Origin: Yuukianura sp. NJ FZ-2021
Lineage: Eukaryota
Assembly: GCA_046563655.1 (NCBI GenBank)
Contig: CM102290.1
Span: 5,332,001-5,396,000, forward strand
Direction: 5' to 3'
DNA length: 64,000 bases
This document shows positions 51,830 through 64,000 of this stretch, in pieces (the stretch's first letter is position 1; the number at the start of each line of letters is the position of its first letter). The position numbers were made by a program, and so were the translations under genes. The notes beneath the pieces were generated by a model. The model worked only from the letters and a program-made list of their open reading frames with translations, was not told where the DNA came from and searched no databases.

Positions 51830-54295
51830 CCTGGACACTTTGAGGCAGTGTAACTTATTGGGAAACCTCTCTAACGAACCAGGAACTTACGTCGTACAAT
51901 CAAGCAGAGCCGTCGGACAGTGGATCCCAACTACGTCAAACAATCAACACTTAGCTAAGATAATTAGAAGTTATGAATGGTAGCCACTTCTCTACAAGGT
52001 CTCTTCTTGTCCCTTCTCTTTCCCTTTTGTATTAGTTCTACTCAACACTACTTACTCTATTCGTCAAAACATACATTTTGTGTGAAATTTTTAAAAAGTA
52101 CAATGAATTATTTTGAAGGGTAGGGACTTGTAGGTAGTTAGTACACAAACTATTTTAAGAAGTCATAGGCTAATGTCACAGAGACTCTAAGCACTTTAAG
52201 TAACTGTAGGGACTGGACCCTTAACTGTGGTTGATGACGAAAGTACTTGTTGGCGTGCCCTTAACTAACGAAAGGATCAATGTGGACTTGTCCAAACTTT
52301 GAAAATGTACATGACACGGTGTAGTTTTAAGGTCAGAGGTCAGAGCGTGGGGCGGAGAGGGGGAGGGAGGAAGAGGGGGCCGAAGAGCCTGCCCCCCTCC
52401 AGCGAACGAAACTGCTCACATAACTACCGATCTCTAAGAACTCTTTTTGTTACTGTCGTCTCTTCCCTGTGCCCCTCCTCTGCTCCGACAAATCAGAGGT
52501 GTCGAATCGTCCATTTCTAAGTTGAACTCTAATTTACACTAGGATTACTACGCTAATTCCCCATTTCCAGTTAACACAAAACTTTATTTCTTTCACTCTA
52601 ACATCCCATTCTAAGTTCAAATGAGTACGACTAATAACGCATCTTTTATCGTTGTGGTTTTTTTACGATTCCAAAAGCGGGGAGTTGTCTCGTTTTAAAT
52701 GCTAGGAAGCTCCTTGCCTCTCCTTAAGTTCTTGATAATTCTGTTTCTGTGTAGAGGGCGAATTCTATGATTTGTCGTAAGTCACTTCCAACTGTAAATC
52801 TCTCCTAATGTGTAATGTGTTACTGATTGAGAGCGTAGTTGTATAAATTTTATTTTGGATATCGTAGACATGATGAGTGCCTAGAAGTCGTTGCGTGCGA
52901 GCTGAATCCGTATGCACTGGTGTTAATTAGAGTACTAATTGTTAGTTCTACGGTGTGTACCTGCTAAGTGATAGTTAGCTAAAGTTTCTGAGCAGAAGAG
53001 AGACGCTCTTTGCAGGAGGACCATCAGGAGGAACTGTGGTGAAAGCAAGGGAGTGGAAAGTCGACGAAAGTCCCAATAGCCCCACTCAAATCTTTATACT
53101 TTACACAGTCTAGGTTACACAACACTAAAGTTAATATCCCTGTCTAATAAATACGGTAACACACACACTATTTTACTACTTTCAGTTCCGCAATTTCTTT
53201 CGTTTCCGCATTTTCATTTGGTTTGCAATGTCAGGAAACGGTTTCATGATTTTACTCATATTTTTGCAATTTTACTTTATTTTACACAATTTGATTTCGA
53301 CAAGAAAGTAAAATTTGGCTTCAACAAATTGCAGCCTTCAGTTCACTTGTTGCCTTCTATGTTGCAGACAAATTTTTTTTGTAAAAACAATTTCTGACGC
53401 TCGTGACTCATCGTGAGGCCTAAGCAATGGTTTTTGTTTTCGTAATTGAAACCACTGTACTCTAGGAATTTAAGTTTACGCGCTTTTTAAATTATTTGCC
53501 AGCTTTGGATTGTTGATGACCCTTGACCTGCTATGGATTGTCACTTGTTTCCTGGAACAGAGTGCCTTGAAGGGTTTTGAGGCCTACAAATCCAGCCTAA
53601 AACGCGTTTGGGTGAAGATGGAGAGAGGCACAAGATTGATTTTAAGAGGATACTTTCGGTTAGGGTGAAATTGAGGCGTCTATATAAAAGTGTAATGCTT
53701 AGCTCATCAATTGTGAGTAACGTTGACCTGATTTGTACGTTCGTTAGGCTAACTGAATTATAACTTTTCCTGCCAGGAAACTGTAAGTGTCGAAACTAAA
53801 CAATCTGTACCTTCATCAAACATACCTGGACTTAATTCCCCCCGGTTAACTTAGCTTAACTAACCTAACATTTCTAAACTATCCGTTTCTGTCGAAATCT
53901 GGTAGTTGTGCTAATTTAGAATTGTGTGACATTGTGTTGTGTTTGTGTAGGTGTATGATGGACACGAACAGTTTGTTTCTAAAATTAATTAAATAAATTA
54001 CATATTCGTTTGGATTACAAAAACAATTTCTACAAAAAGCATACAAGTTTCATAGTCTAAATGTCACAATTTATTGAATCAAGATGCTTAATTATGAAAT
54101 TGTTATTTCACACTTCGGATGATGGCTCCTGCCGACACTGGATCGGTGTGAAGTTAGTCCTTGACTAGTGCGTTTTTCACTCGACGGTTTGAAACCTTGC
54201 GAAAATAGGGTAACAAAGGTAAATTTCCAAGACGGACAATCATTTAAGGACAGAACGTTCTGTTTTTGTAAAAATTGTAAAAACGTGTAAAGAAA

Positions 54296-55839
54296 TCAAC
54301 ATTCGTTGAGATCCAAGTCAGCCCAGTCATCTGCATTGTTTTCCTGGGGAGTGACCACAATGGTCATATCGCTGTCACTGGTGATGGCCAGTAGAGCATT
54401 GTGACAGCGCAAACTCAGAGGATTCTCCTCCAGGTTGACCAGTTTGAGGGTCAAGCTGCCCTTCAGACGATCAGCGTCAACGTCTAAAGTTCAAAAAACA
54501 AAGTAGCACCTTACATATTTTCAAAATACTGCAAGTATTTCTCAAATTTGAGGCTTCTTACCTGCAATGTAGTTTTTCTGAGCGTTGACTTTCTCCAACT
54601 GCGGAAGAGTAAAAGCAATTGGCGGGAAGGACAGGAAGCTGTTGAACGAAATGTCCAAAATTTGAAGTTGACGAAGTTGACACAACTCGTCTGGCAGTTT
54701 GCTCATGCGGTTGTTCGATAGATTCAGCTCTACAGATTAAAAACGGTTTCAATTAGTTATGATTCAAGTTACATTTTAATCTTCAACTACTTAATTGCTT
54801 GATCTATAATCAGTTGCTATGAAATTTAGAAAGTAGGAAGTGACGCAGAATCCTTTGAATGGCGTCACTTCCCTCCTTGGCAACGTGTCAGCAGTGATCA
54901 TTTATTCCAGCCCATAACCTTCTACTTTGTTTTAAAAAACGACAGCGGAATATTCCGTTGCTTGATTTTTTAAGATGATTTTCTAAAAATAAACGGGATT
55001 CCCTTTCTATTTTTAAAAAATCCACTGAACCGAACGCCTGCTGATGCCGATGACAAGGATGTTCTAAACTTACAGCACAGAGGTTGTTCTTAATGGACCG
55101 TTTTGAAAAAAAGTGCACTGACTTCTGAACAGGAATTGTGCTGTTTCCAAAACATGTTGCGAAAATAACACAAAATGGCTACCAAACCTGTGATGCATGA
55201 GAAGTTGGAGCCGAGTTTTGGTGGGAGTTTCGTGATGACGTTGAAGGACAAATCACAAGTTTTGAGACTTGTGTTTCGCATCAGGTGAAAAACTGCTTCT
55301 GGAACTTGCATCAATTGACACTCGGACAAATCTGAAATTGAAAACAGTTTTAATTAGGATTGCTTAAAATTCAAACTTACTCGCTAGATTTAAAATTTAC
55401 TCAAGTCCTGTGACTCTGTTGCTGCTTCGCAACGCTGAATGACACTACTGACTTGTCCTGCCATGTTTAGTGTTATCGCACACAAATTTTGTCAAAAAAC
55501 TCTGGCCTAGTTTGGCTCAAAAAATGTGAGAGATGTTCACCAGTGAAGTGGTTCGCATCGACTAAAAAACTCACAATAGACTATGCACAAATCCAATGAA
55601 AACGAAACAAGCCACAATTGGATCCGCCGGAGGACATGCACTTGAAGCGACATTAGTCACTTAACTAATCTATTCAACATCAGGTGAATCACCAATTCAA
55701 CGTTACTCGTACCTCAAACCCAGCATTAATGCAACATAAGTTGAAGGTCAAAAGTATTTTGTCGTGACTCACCCAAGTTTTCATTTTCCTGAGCATCGTT
55801 GCATCTTCCGACGACTCGAATGACAGCTCGTCCCGCCAT
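54296..55839 (-). CDS. LRRC20: Leucine-rich repeat-containing protein 20-like, ~188 aa, two alternative first exons
   Basis: First exon 55839-55773 (MAGRAVIRVVGRCNDAQENENL; a further in-frame ATG at 55854) or 55464-55401 (MAGQVSSVIQRCEAATESQDL), then 55331-55188, 54729-54562, 54483-54296. LRRs LDLSECQLMQVP, CDLSFNVITKLP, LNLSNNRMSKLP, LDISFNSF, VNLEENPL. Minus-strand AATAAA at 54070-54075. Confidence 0.85.
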
Positions 55840-56869
55840 TTTCGTTGTGACCATTGCTTCCTCCAGAGCAGGCCGAGTGTCGTCCTCCGCTTGAGTGTTG
55901 TTCGTCAAATCCAAAAACTGTGGACGCATTTTGGTCACCACGCTTCTCCAAAAGTTCCTCGCTTTTCCAGAACTCACAAAAATCTCTCAGTTGATGTTGG
56001 ATAACTGTAGAAAAAAAGTTAATTGGTTTGTAGTTACTGCGCTTCAGGCTGCGAACTGGTTTTGATGAAGTTTTGTTGTAACTGGTTGAACAGTGATGAA
56101 ATGTAGAGCGTAAAGTGTTTGTAATATTTTGGCAACGGACATTGTCCGCGCCTTGTGCGCCTCAATTACGAAAAGGAAAAGTGGACACTAGCCACGCGTT
56201 GATTGAGGAATGAATTGCGGAAATGAAGATAAAGGCTTTGTTTTGGCAATGTCACATGACATAGCCAAGGTAACGTTATGGCAGCAGGGGAGTTCGTTAA
56301 TCAATTAATTCAAATGACGCAGAGGCCACTTACCCTCTCGAATTCCCAGCTACCGTGATTCCAGGAGGGCTAATGGCAGATTAGCTCTTCAGTTGTTTGT
56401 GTTTAGACACAGGAGAACACTTTTCCTTGAAGCTGAGCAGTGTACGGTTGGCTTTTGGGCAAACAACAGTGTCACGGCGACTCTATTTATGCCCAGTTCT
56501 TGGCACTGGATTCAGTCATGCGCTTTCTCCTTCAAAACTCAGAATATGGTATAAAATTAACCTCTTCTAAAAAAAAGTTCACCGATTTGCGACGAAAGAT
56601 TAACGGAAGCACAAACAACGGGAACATTCAGCAAAAACGAAAAATACGCAGAAAAAGTCCATGCCAAAGTCATCCATTCTGCTACAGTTCATCTTTTTTA
56701 AAAAACTGTAAAAACAAAGACCTCAAAGTCCTTTTCAACTGCGGAAAACTTGTACCTTTCAAAAAAAATGAAGCTGCTCGTTTAATACCAAGTAGCAGGC
56801 CAATTTTAATTTCGACTCAATTTTGCAAACCATTTCAGAAACGTAAAAGATTTTTCACCATTTCCAGCT

Positions 56870-57445
56870 TTGAAAATTCATATCTCGGGAACGAAAGGTG
56901 GTAGAGATGTAAACTCTTCGATCCTGAATTCACAAAAATATGGAGTATTTTTAGAAAATTTTAAAATGGTACCCTCAGATTTTGACCAAATTTCGAAAAA
57001 ATCCATGGACTATAGTCCATGGTTTTTTTCAAAATTTGACGAAAAAGTTGATGTTCGATTTTGGAGTTTTTAAAATTTGTAAAAATTCTTCATATTTATT
57101 GAAAGTTTTTCGCGAAGGGATTAGGTCTCTATCGCTTTCCGTTCACGAGATATAAATTTTCAAAGTTTCATATTAATTTTCAAAAACTTTAAAAATTCAT
57201 ATCTCGGGAACGGAAAGCGATAGAGAGGTAAACTCTTCACTCCTGAATTCACAAAAATATATAGTATTTTTAGAAATTTTAAAAAGGTACCCTTAGATTT
57301 TGACCAAATTTTGACAAAATGACGACGGGGCGAAAAATTTGATCAAAAAAGCGAAAACGTTTGAATAGATTTATCCCTCAACTTTGACTTCCATTCAAAC
57401 GTAATTCCAAAATTCTAGAAAACTTTAAAAATTCTTATCTCGGTT
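56870..57445. repeat. Transposon-derived repeat with direct and inverted CATATCTCGGGAACG modules
   Basis: ~130-bp block at ~56873 repeated at ~57192; inverted copy of its start at ~57127-57162; partial third copy at ~57428. Confidence 0.7.
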
Positions 57446-57547
57446 ATGTAAAACCCATAATTGAATTGTTAATTCCCTCATTACTGCATTCAGAACAACC
57501 GAGAGACACATTGCAATCGTTTTAGCACATTTATTCAATCTAAAAAA

Positions 57548-60500
57548 TCATTCGTTGTTTGGATCGTCTTGTGGCGCAGTATCTTCCTCCGGGTTTTCGC
57601 TTTCTGTGGGCTTATTGGAACTTGGCCGTTTCTCCGGAGTAGCTTCTTTCTCAGTTTCTCCGTCATCTGATTCTTCGGGACTTGGCGGCTTTGGATTGTC
57701 GTCTTCTCCTTCATCCGGTTTTTTAGAATTTGCTGGCGTCTTAGGTTCTTCTTCGTCCTCTCCATCCGGTTTTTCAGACTTAGCTGACTTCGTAGGTTTT
57801 TCCTCGTCCTCTCCTTCTCCTTCAACCGGTTTTCCAGACTTCGTAGGTTTTTCCTCGTCCTCTCCTTCATCCGGTTTTCCAGACTTTGTTGACTCCGTAG
57901 GTTCTCCCTCGTTATCTGCTTCGTCTGGTTTTTCAGAACTTGCTGTCTTCTCAGGCTTTTCCTCGTCGTCTTCTCCATCCGGTTTTTCAGACTTTCCTGA
58001 CTCCTTGAGTTTTTCCTCGTCGCCTCCTTCATCCCGTTTTTCAGACTCCGCTGACTGCGTAGGTTTTTCCTCGTCGTCTCCTTCGTTTGATTTTTCAGAA
58101 CTTGGCGATTTTGAAGGTTTTTGTTTGGGTTCCTGTGAACCTGGGTCTTCTTCAGATAACGGATCTTCTGGCGACTCGTCACTTTCCAAGTTGGAACTAG
58201 CTCCAGCCATTGCCGCTTTCCCATCAGCAGCAGCCATTGCCTGTGAACCTGGTGACGCTGCCCCAGCAACAGCTCCACCTGCTCTCTCAGCAGCGCCTGA
58301 AATACAACAGATTCTTAGTACTTCAGTCATCTCTAAAATTCGTTTGCTTTTCAGCAATTACTATTACACAAATACCTGCACTTCTAATTCCATCTTCTCC
58401 AATCTCACCCGCACTTGTATCAACTCTAATTACAAAACAAAATTTAAGTATCCGCTTTAAAATATTATCTTGTTATAAACCTTGTTCAAATGTCAGAAGT
58501 ATAAGCGAGTAGTTACCGTTCGTTGTCAGCCACTGCAGAAGCCACAATCCCTTGCTTGTTCTGAGTAAACGCTCCGGATGACATGCCAGCATCAGACCCA
58601 GCCACAGTCTTGACGCCTGCCTTGTTTTGAGCTCCAGACTTGGCAGAAGTTCCACTTCCGGTAGCAAACGCGATTGAATCACCCACAGACGCCTCACCTT
58701 GCGATGACGTTTTGTTCGCCAAAGCAGAGGCAGAGTCCGTGTCTTTGGTTCCAGACGCTGCACTCAATGTATTGTCTGACCCTGCCATTGACTGAGCCCC
58801 GGATTCTGACAACGAAAAGGCTTGTGAAGTTCCATTAGCTGCTGCAGCCACCGCTTGCGATCTAACAACCAAATCTCAGCATCAAAACAAAAACAAAATA
58901 GCAAATGAGTAAAAAATATTTACCCTGAAGAAGTACTTGCAGCGGCCTGGCTGGTTCCATTTGCAGTTGCGGCTGAGACCTTCAAGTCAAAACAGTAACA
59001 ATTTGTAATTGAGATTATTTACAGTACAACAGAAATGAAGTGGAATACTGTGTTCACCTGAGACAATTTGGATTCGGCTTGAGAATGGGCACTTCCTTTC
59101 TTTGCTGCAGACTTTGACTTGGCCGCTGAATTCTCTGCAGCAGCATTTGCAACGTCCGCACTGCTTGATGCTGGAAACAAAAAAAGCAAAAGTTCAAACC
59201 AAAGTTTAAACTAAAAATCAACTTGGTTTTACCCGATGCAGTTCCTTCATTGTTTCCAGAAGATGAACGCACGAGTCTAAACATAAAAAAATTGACCAAA
59301 AAAGTTACAACTACTAAGTGCTTCAATTAATTAGCACTGTGAATGATTTACTCTTCATTGGCTTCCGCCGTGGACCTGACACCTACAAAAAGAAGAAAAT
59401 TTTTGAAGAGTTTCATGAGAAACTTTGAAGCAAGTTTTAAAAAATTCGAAAACCTCCGGCAGCCACCATGGACGCCTGTGCCGTCGCGTTCTTTGCAATT
59501 GCAGTGGCTTGAGTTCCTGCAGAAAGAAGTAACGCCGAAAATTCCAAAATCGGTTAGGTTATGTTAAATTACTCCGAGTTTCAAATAATTTCAATTCTTT
59601 TTATATAAAAAACGAACCTCCACCACCCGACATGGCCTTGACGCCCTTGTCATTTGTCGAAGCCATTGCTGATGATCCTACAATAAATACTCAACGTTTC
59701 ATTTCTAGTTTCCGCAACATTTCATCTACTTTTTAAGAAAAAGAACCCAACGTTTTCTGTCTGCAATGTTGACAATTGTCGTATATTTCCTAACCTGCAT
59801 TGGTGCTGGACGACGCAATTGTTTCTCCGCCCTTCCCTGCAGTTGCAGCCATGCTCTGACTTTGTTTCCCACGTTTGGAAGCTCCAAATGCTGCTGCCAC
59901 CGCCTGGAGGATTCCAACATAACTCAAATGTCAAAAATTTGAAAAATGACGCGCCTACCACACTAATACTCACCATCGAATCTTGGGAGAAGCTTGAAGC
60001 CATCGCTTGTGTCTGACCGAGCAGTTTTGACTTTTGTTCATCTATTTAGGCAAACCAAAACAAAAGTGGTCAAGATGTAAATGATCCATATAAAAAAAAT
60101 TACAAAACATATGAAAAGAGACTCAAATACTGTGCAAGTACTTGTATCGAAAGTGGACAAGGTCGTTGGACAGTCCTTTGTCTGCGGTGTTTCTGGAACA
60201 CACTTCCGCTCTTTGGGGTCAAACGTCTGTTGCAGGGGACAAGTTCCTGTTGACACGGCATTCATACCAGTGAATATGCAGCGGTAGTACTTCCGACAGT
60301 CGCTTGGCACTGCATACGAGCCGGAGTTCGGACATGTAAACGACGTAAATGATCCATATTTTGCTAAAAAGTTAGAAAACATATAAAAAGAGAATAAACT
60401 AGAACTAACAAATTTTTTGTAGTAAGTTCCTTATTGCGTCATACGTTGTGCTGTCAATGTCTTCGAAGGCTCATCTGGCTCTGGCACTGGCATGCATCCC

Positions 60501-60619
60501 ACTTCCTGTAAATTAGTAAAATTAGTTTTTACCTAAATTACATTTAGTACTACTTGATATTTAACTTTTGAAATTGGACTTACCAGTAAGGGGATTAGAA
60601 AAATCCAGTAGAGAATCAT
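57548..60619 (-). CDS. Secreted chitin-binding type 2 (peritrophin-A) domain protein with Ala/Ser/Gly-rich repeats and acidic repeat tail, ~668 aa
   Basis: 14 GT-AG exons in consistent phase: 60619-60584, 60505-60445, 60363-60142, 60041-59974, 59903-59795, 59677-59618, 59516-59454, 59382-59352, 59276-59233, 59170-59058, 58979-58924, 58861-58517, 58425-58376, 58296-57548 (2007 nt). Signal peptide MILYWIFLIPLLEVGC. 6-Cys ChtBD2 FTCPNSGSYAVPSDCRKYYRC...CPLQQTFDPKERKCV...DC. Minus-strand AATAAA at 57530-57535. Confidence 0.8.
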
Positions 60620-61086
60620 TTTACCAAATCCAAAGGAAATTTTTCTTTGGAATCTGGAATCGACTAACCTCTTACGCCAAACAAAAGCCGAAGATTGTCT
60701 TTCATTGTTCCAGTTCCTCGATTGCCTTCTTGTTCAAGGTCAATCGTAAGAAGTTAAACAATTAATTGCATCACATTTTAAAACAATGGCTACTTACCGC
60801 CAAACGTGCGACATCCATATCCAAGGTCCTCAAAATGCGAAGCCTCTCCTGTGTCGAAATAAATCCACTTTATTTCAAAAACGAGCGAGGCCCAACAAAG
60901 GTTATTTTGGAAAATATGCTAATAAATGAATCCGTTCTGTAAAATATTCTGGAAAACATGAAGTTCAAACTAATTGACATACAGAAACAATAAAGTTCAT
61001 TGAGACAGTGTCACATGAGAAAATAGCATATGAGAAAATGGAATCTGCAAGTATTCCGGAAAAGTATTTCTGAATTAATCTGAATC

Positions 61087-64000
61087 TCAAATAGCCCAGT
61101 CGTTGAAGGATATTTCCGGGGCAGAGTAGTTTTCCAGCTGAACTTTAGAGTGTAACGGGAAGATGTCCAGTGGCGACAAAGGTGGAACCGGCTCTTTTGG
61201 TGGAATGATTCGCTCCTGAGGGATTTTCCCCCACGAATATATGTCTTGGGGCCAAACTGGCTCGGATATTGCTGCCCTCGGGCCCCTCATTAACCTTAAA
61301 ATTCAAATAAACTAATTAGCAACACGTTTTTACAAACATCAAACCAATTACTAATTAACGACAACTCACGCGAACATTTCCTTGACAATATTTAAATGCG
61401 TTTGAGCAGTGGCGAGGTTTCCCGTCTCTCGCAGAATGATATTCAGGTGATGTCGAATTCTGTTGATCTACAAGACAACATTTTTTAAGAAATAAATCAC
61501 ATCCTGAAGGAAATTCATTAGCGTTGGTAGTTACCCTGTCAATGTCGTCATCCACAATCGCAGTGTCAAACATCACTTCCATGTCATGGTCCTGGTAGAT
61601 TGCAGCGTTGTTGGGGTCAGCTCCCAGTCCACAAAGTGCTCCGGTGTAGTAAGTTTGGTATCTGTCCACTCGCAGCTCAATCTTGGGTGCGAATATCATC
61701 GGAATGAGACTCATTAGACCTGGAATTGCAGGCATCATGGTCGTATCTCTAGTGAAAACACCGCAAAATCAGAATTAGGAAAAGGTTTAGGAAGTTCTAA
61801 GTACGAAAAACAATAAAATCAATATTAACGCTAACCTAGCCACTACACGACCGCTTTTGTCTTGGATTTGAACAGAAGCAGCAACGACTAGTCGGGAAGT
61901 TGGAGCCGATGGTTCCTGGTCCAGTGCTACCGAATTGACACTGTTGTCGTCAATACTCACTTCCTTGCAGTTACTACTGTGACACAAAGACTCAAACGTA
62001 AGTTCCAACGGACTCCAAGGACCTTTCAATTCCACTGAAATCTAAAAACATATTTAATTAAAGTCAAATTTATATTGAATTCAACAAGTAAAGCATAACG
62101 AATGATTTACCCTTGCGCGGTCCTGCGGAGGAGGAACCATGTAAATGATGTCGTTCATTTTTTCAATTTGTGCTTCGTTATGTGCCTTCATTCGTGTTGT
62201 GTCTCCGTTTCTCATTATGTTTGCCGCTTGTTTCCGAACGTCGTTATTTTGCTACATAAAAATTCAAATACAACAAAAATGGAAAATCCAAGTACGATTG
62301 CAATTGATTCAGGCAAAATTAATGACGTTGGTTCCATGTAGTAACTCCTTCAGCATTTAAATTAATTTTGGTCCAGGCCCATTAATGTCGAAAAACGCCT
62401 CTTGTGATGTTGTGTCTACAAAGTTAATTTACTTTGAACAGGAATCTGCACTTCTCCATGCGTCTTACCATGCACTCAGGATTCTCTTGAACAATTTCTG
62501 CAAAACCATCCTCCACTAATCTTCGATTTACGTTATGCAACTGAGGTGGGCCATTCGGATTCAAAGCATTCGGGCTCACTCCATACAATGTCCCGGCAAT
62601 TACGGATCGTGTAACGCTGAAAATCTGTCGGAGTTAGTGTAGAAAAAGCATATCAAATTCAATTCAACTCAATTGAACAGCATTCTTTGAAGATGAGCTT
62701 ACTTCCATCTTCTTTGGAATTGGATTCTTCACGAACTCTTTCATATTCCGGATGACGGAATCATGCCAAACAGATCCATACAACACGGCTGGTTTGATAT
62801 CAGCCAGGCGGCATTCAACAGCCTATAAAATCCAAATATCTCAATATCATATTTAACTCAATATCATATTTAAGTTGATTAAAATATCAATTATCGATTC
62901 CGATTTAGATTCACACTTGTTGAGTGGATTAACATACCATACAAAGTTCCGTCAGAACTCCATGTCTCCTGTGCACCTCATTGAAGTCGTAGAGGTCTCT
63001 GGTAGGCAGCCACTCGGAATTTCCGTAATCCACAAAGTACACCTAGTAGATCCAACACCAATTACTGTTCAACTTTTTAAAATTTTGATAAAATAGAATT
63101 TATTCGTGGAATATGGTCAAAGAGAAGAACCAACCAGTGCTTTCCTTTGCCTGCCAAGAGCACAATCAACGGACCGAATTCTGGCTCTGTAGAAAAGCGT
63201 AATGCTTCCTCCATTGTCAGTCGTAGTAAATGGAGCAAGACACAATGCTCCCGGCCCAATTTGCTCATCTCTCAATGGAATTCGTCTTTCCATGTTCGTG
63301 TTGATGATCTCACTCACTTCGTTCAACCTCTGCTCATTTCTGGTGTACACAACCCAGAACTGGCTTGGACTTTCCATCTGTAAACATAACTGGTTAACGT
63401 GAAATGTTTCCAAAAATAAAAACATTGAAATCAGATCGTTACGTGTGTCAAAATCAGCGGAAACTCTTTGACGAAGATCGGAGGAAGTTCAACTTGATCT
63501 GGACACTTTATATACTTTGCTGATCGATCCCGTAACAAACGTTCCTGTTTAGCCAAGTAGTCGTACTCATCCTGTTTCCTAAATTAAATCAATTAATTGA
63601 ACAACTGGACACTATTCACTGGTGATTTATGAACGAAAATGACAAAGTCTTACGAAAGGACTTTAAATGACATCCTCTCCCTCAACTGCCGTTTTTTGAC
63701 AGCAGTGTACACACTTTTACTGATTGGTCCAATCTTCTCTGTGGATCCGTCAAATTCTACAAGAACTTTCTGCCCATCAAACGTCACTTTCGGAATGCCA
63801 GCTCCAAAGGCATACTTTTCCGCAATGATTCCCCCGTATCTGACATAAAAATTAGTAATAATAATAATAATAATTATAATAATTAAATAAGTAGTTAGGA
63901 TATACAACACAAACTTACAATGTTTTGCAGTGGTCTCCAGTGAACCCCTTAAAAAACACGGTATTAAATAAGTTCCCGCCGTGGATTTCCCTGTACCTCT
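61087..64000 (-). CDS. spn-E: ATP-dependent RNA helicase spindle-E / TDRD9 (piRNA pathway), C-terminal part, multi-exon, truncated by window edge
   Basis: Tudor-region text SPSQFWV...GALCLAPF...FYRARI. C-terminal motifs LKGPWSPLE, IDDNSVNSV, RLVVAASV, TMMPAIPGL..MIFAPKIELR..YTGALCGLG..DHDMEVMFD are typical of TDRD9/spn-E. Many short GT-AG introns; stop TGA at 61087-61089. Confidence 0.9.

Noticed and set aside
51830..54000. miR-34 seed site (CACTGCC) in the E74 3'UTR, as reported for Drosophila
   Set aside because: Not found by eye on the sense strand; only the reverse-orientation GGCAGTG near 51844.
54091..54196. Possible extra LRRC20 terminal exon on the minus strand
   Set aside because: Acceptor-like site and open frame exist, but no convincing donor precedes the stop at 54296; treated as 3'UTR.
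57555..58460. 301-aa Ser-rich plus-strand ORF
   Set aside because: Antisense shadow of the repetitive acidic exon; splice sites and the poly(A) signal support the minus strand.

Overview
Eukaryotic, intron-containing, AT-rich sequence from an arthropod. The ecdysone-cascade gene and compact flanking genes suggest a hexapod or crustacean; the species cannot be determined from the sequence. Left to right: (1) 3' part of an SDA1 ribosome-biogenesis gene (+). (2) A 1.9-kb TA-flanked foldback/MITE-like element with long inverted arms carrying about 7 near-identical copies of a 177-bp satellite. (3) A ~48-kb ecdysone-inducible ETS gene E74 (Eip74EF) with nested E74A and E74B isoforms; its introns are rich in nuclear-receptor and ETS motifs, MITEs and minisatellites. 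(4) A convergent LRRC20-like gene (-) with two duplicated alternative first coding exons. (5) A 14-exon gene (-) for a secreted protein with a chitin-binding type 2 domain, an Ala/Ser/Gly silk-like repeat region and an acidic repeat tail. (6) The 3' part of spindle-E/TDRD9 (-). Exon boundaries were read by eye from GT-AG sites and phase consistency. Homology calls are from recalled motifs, not database searches.
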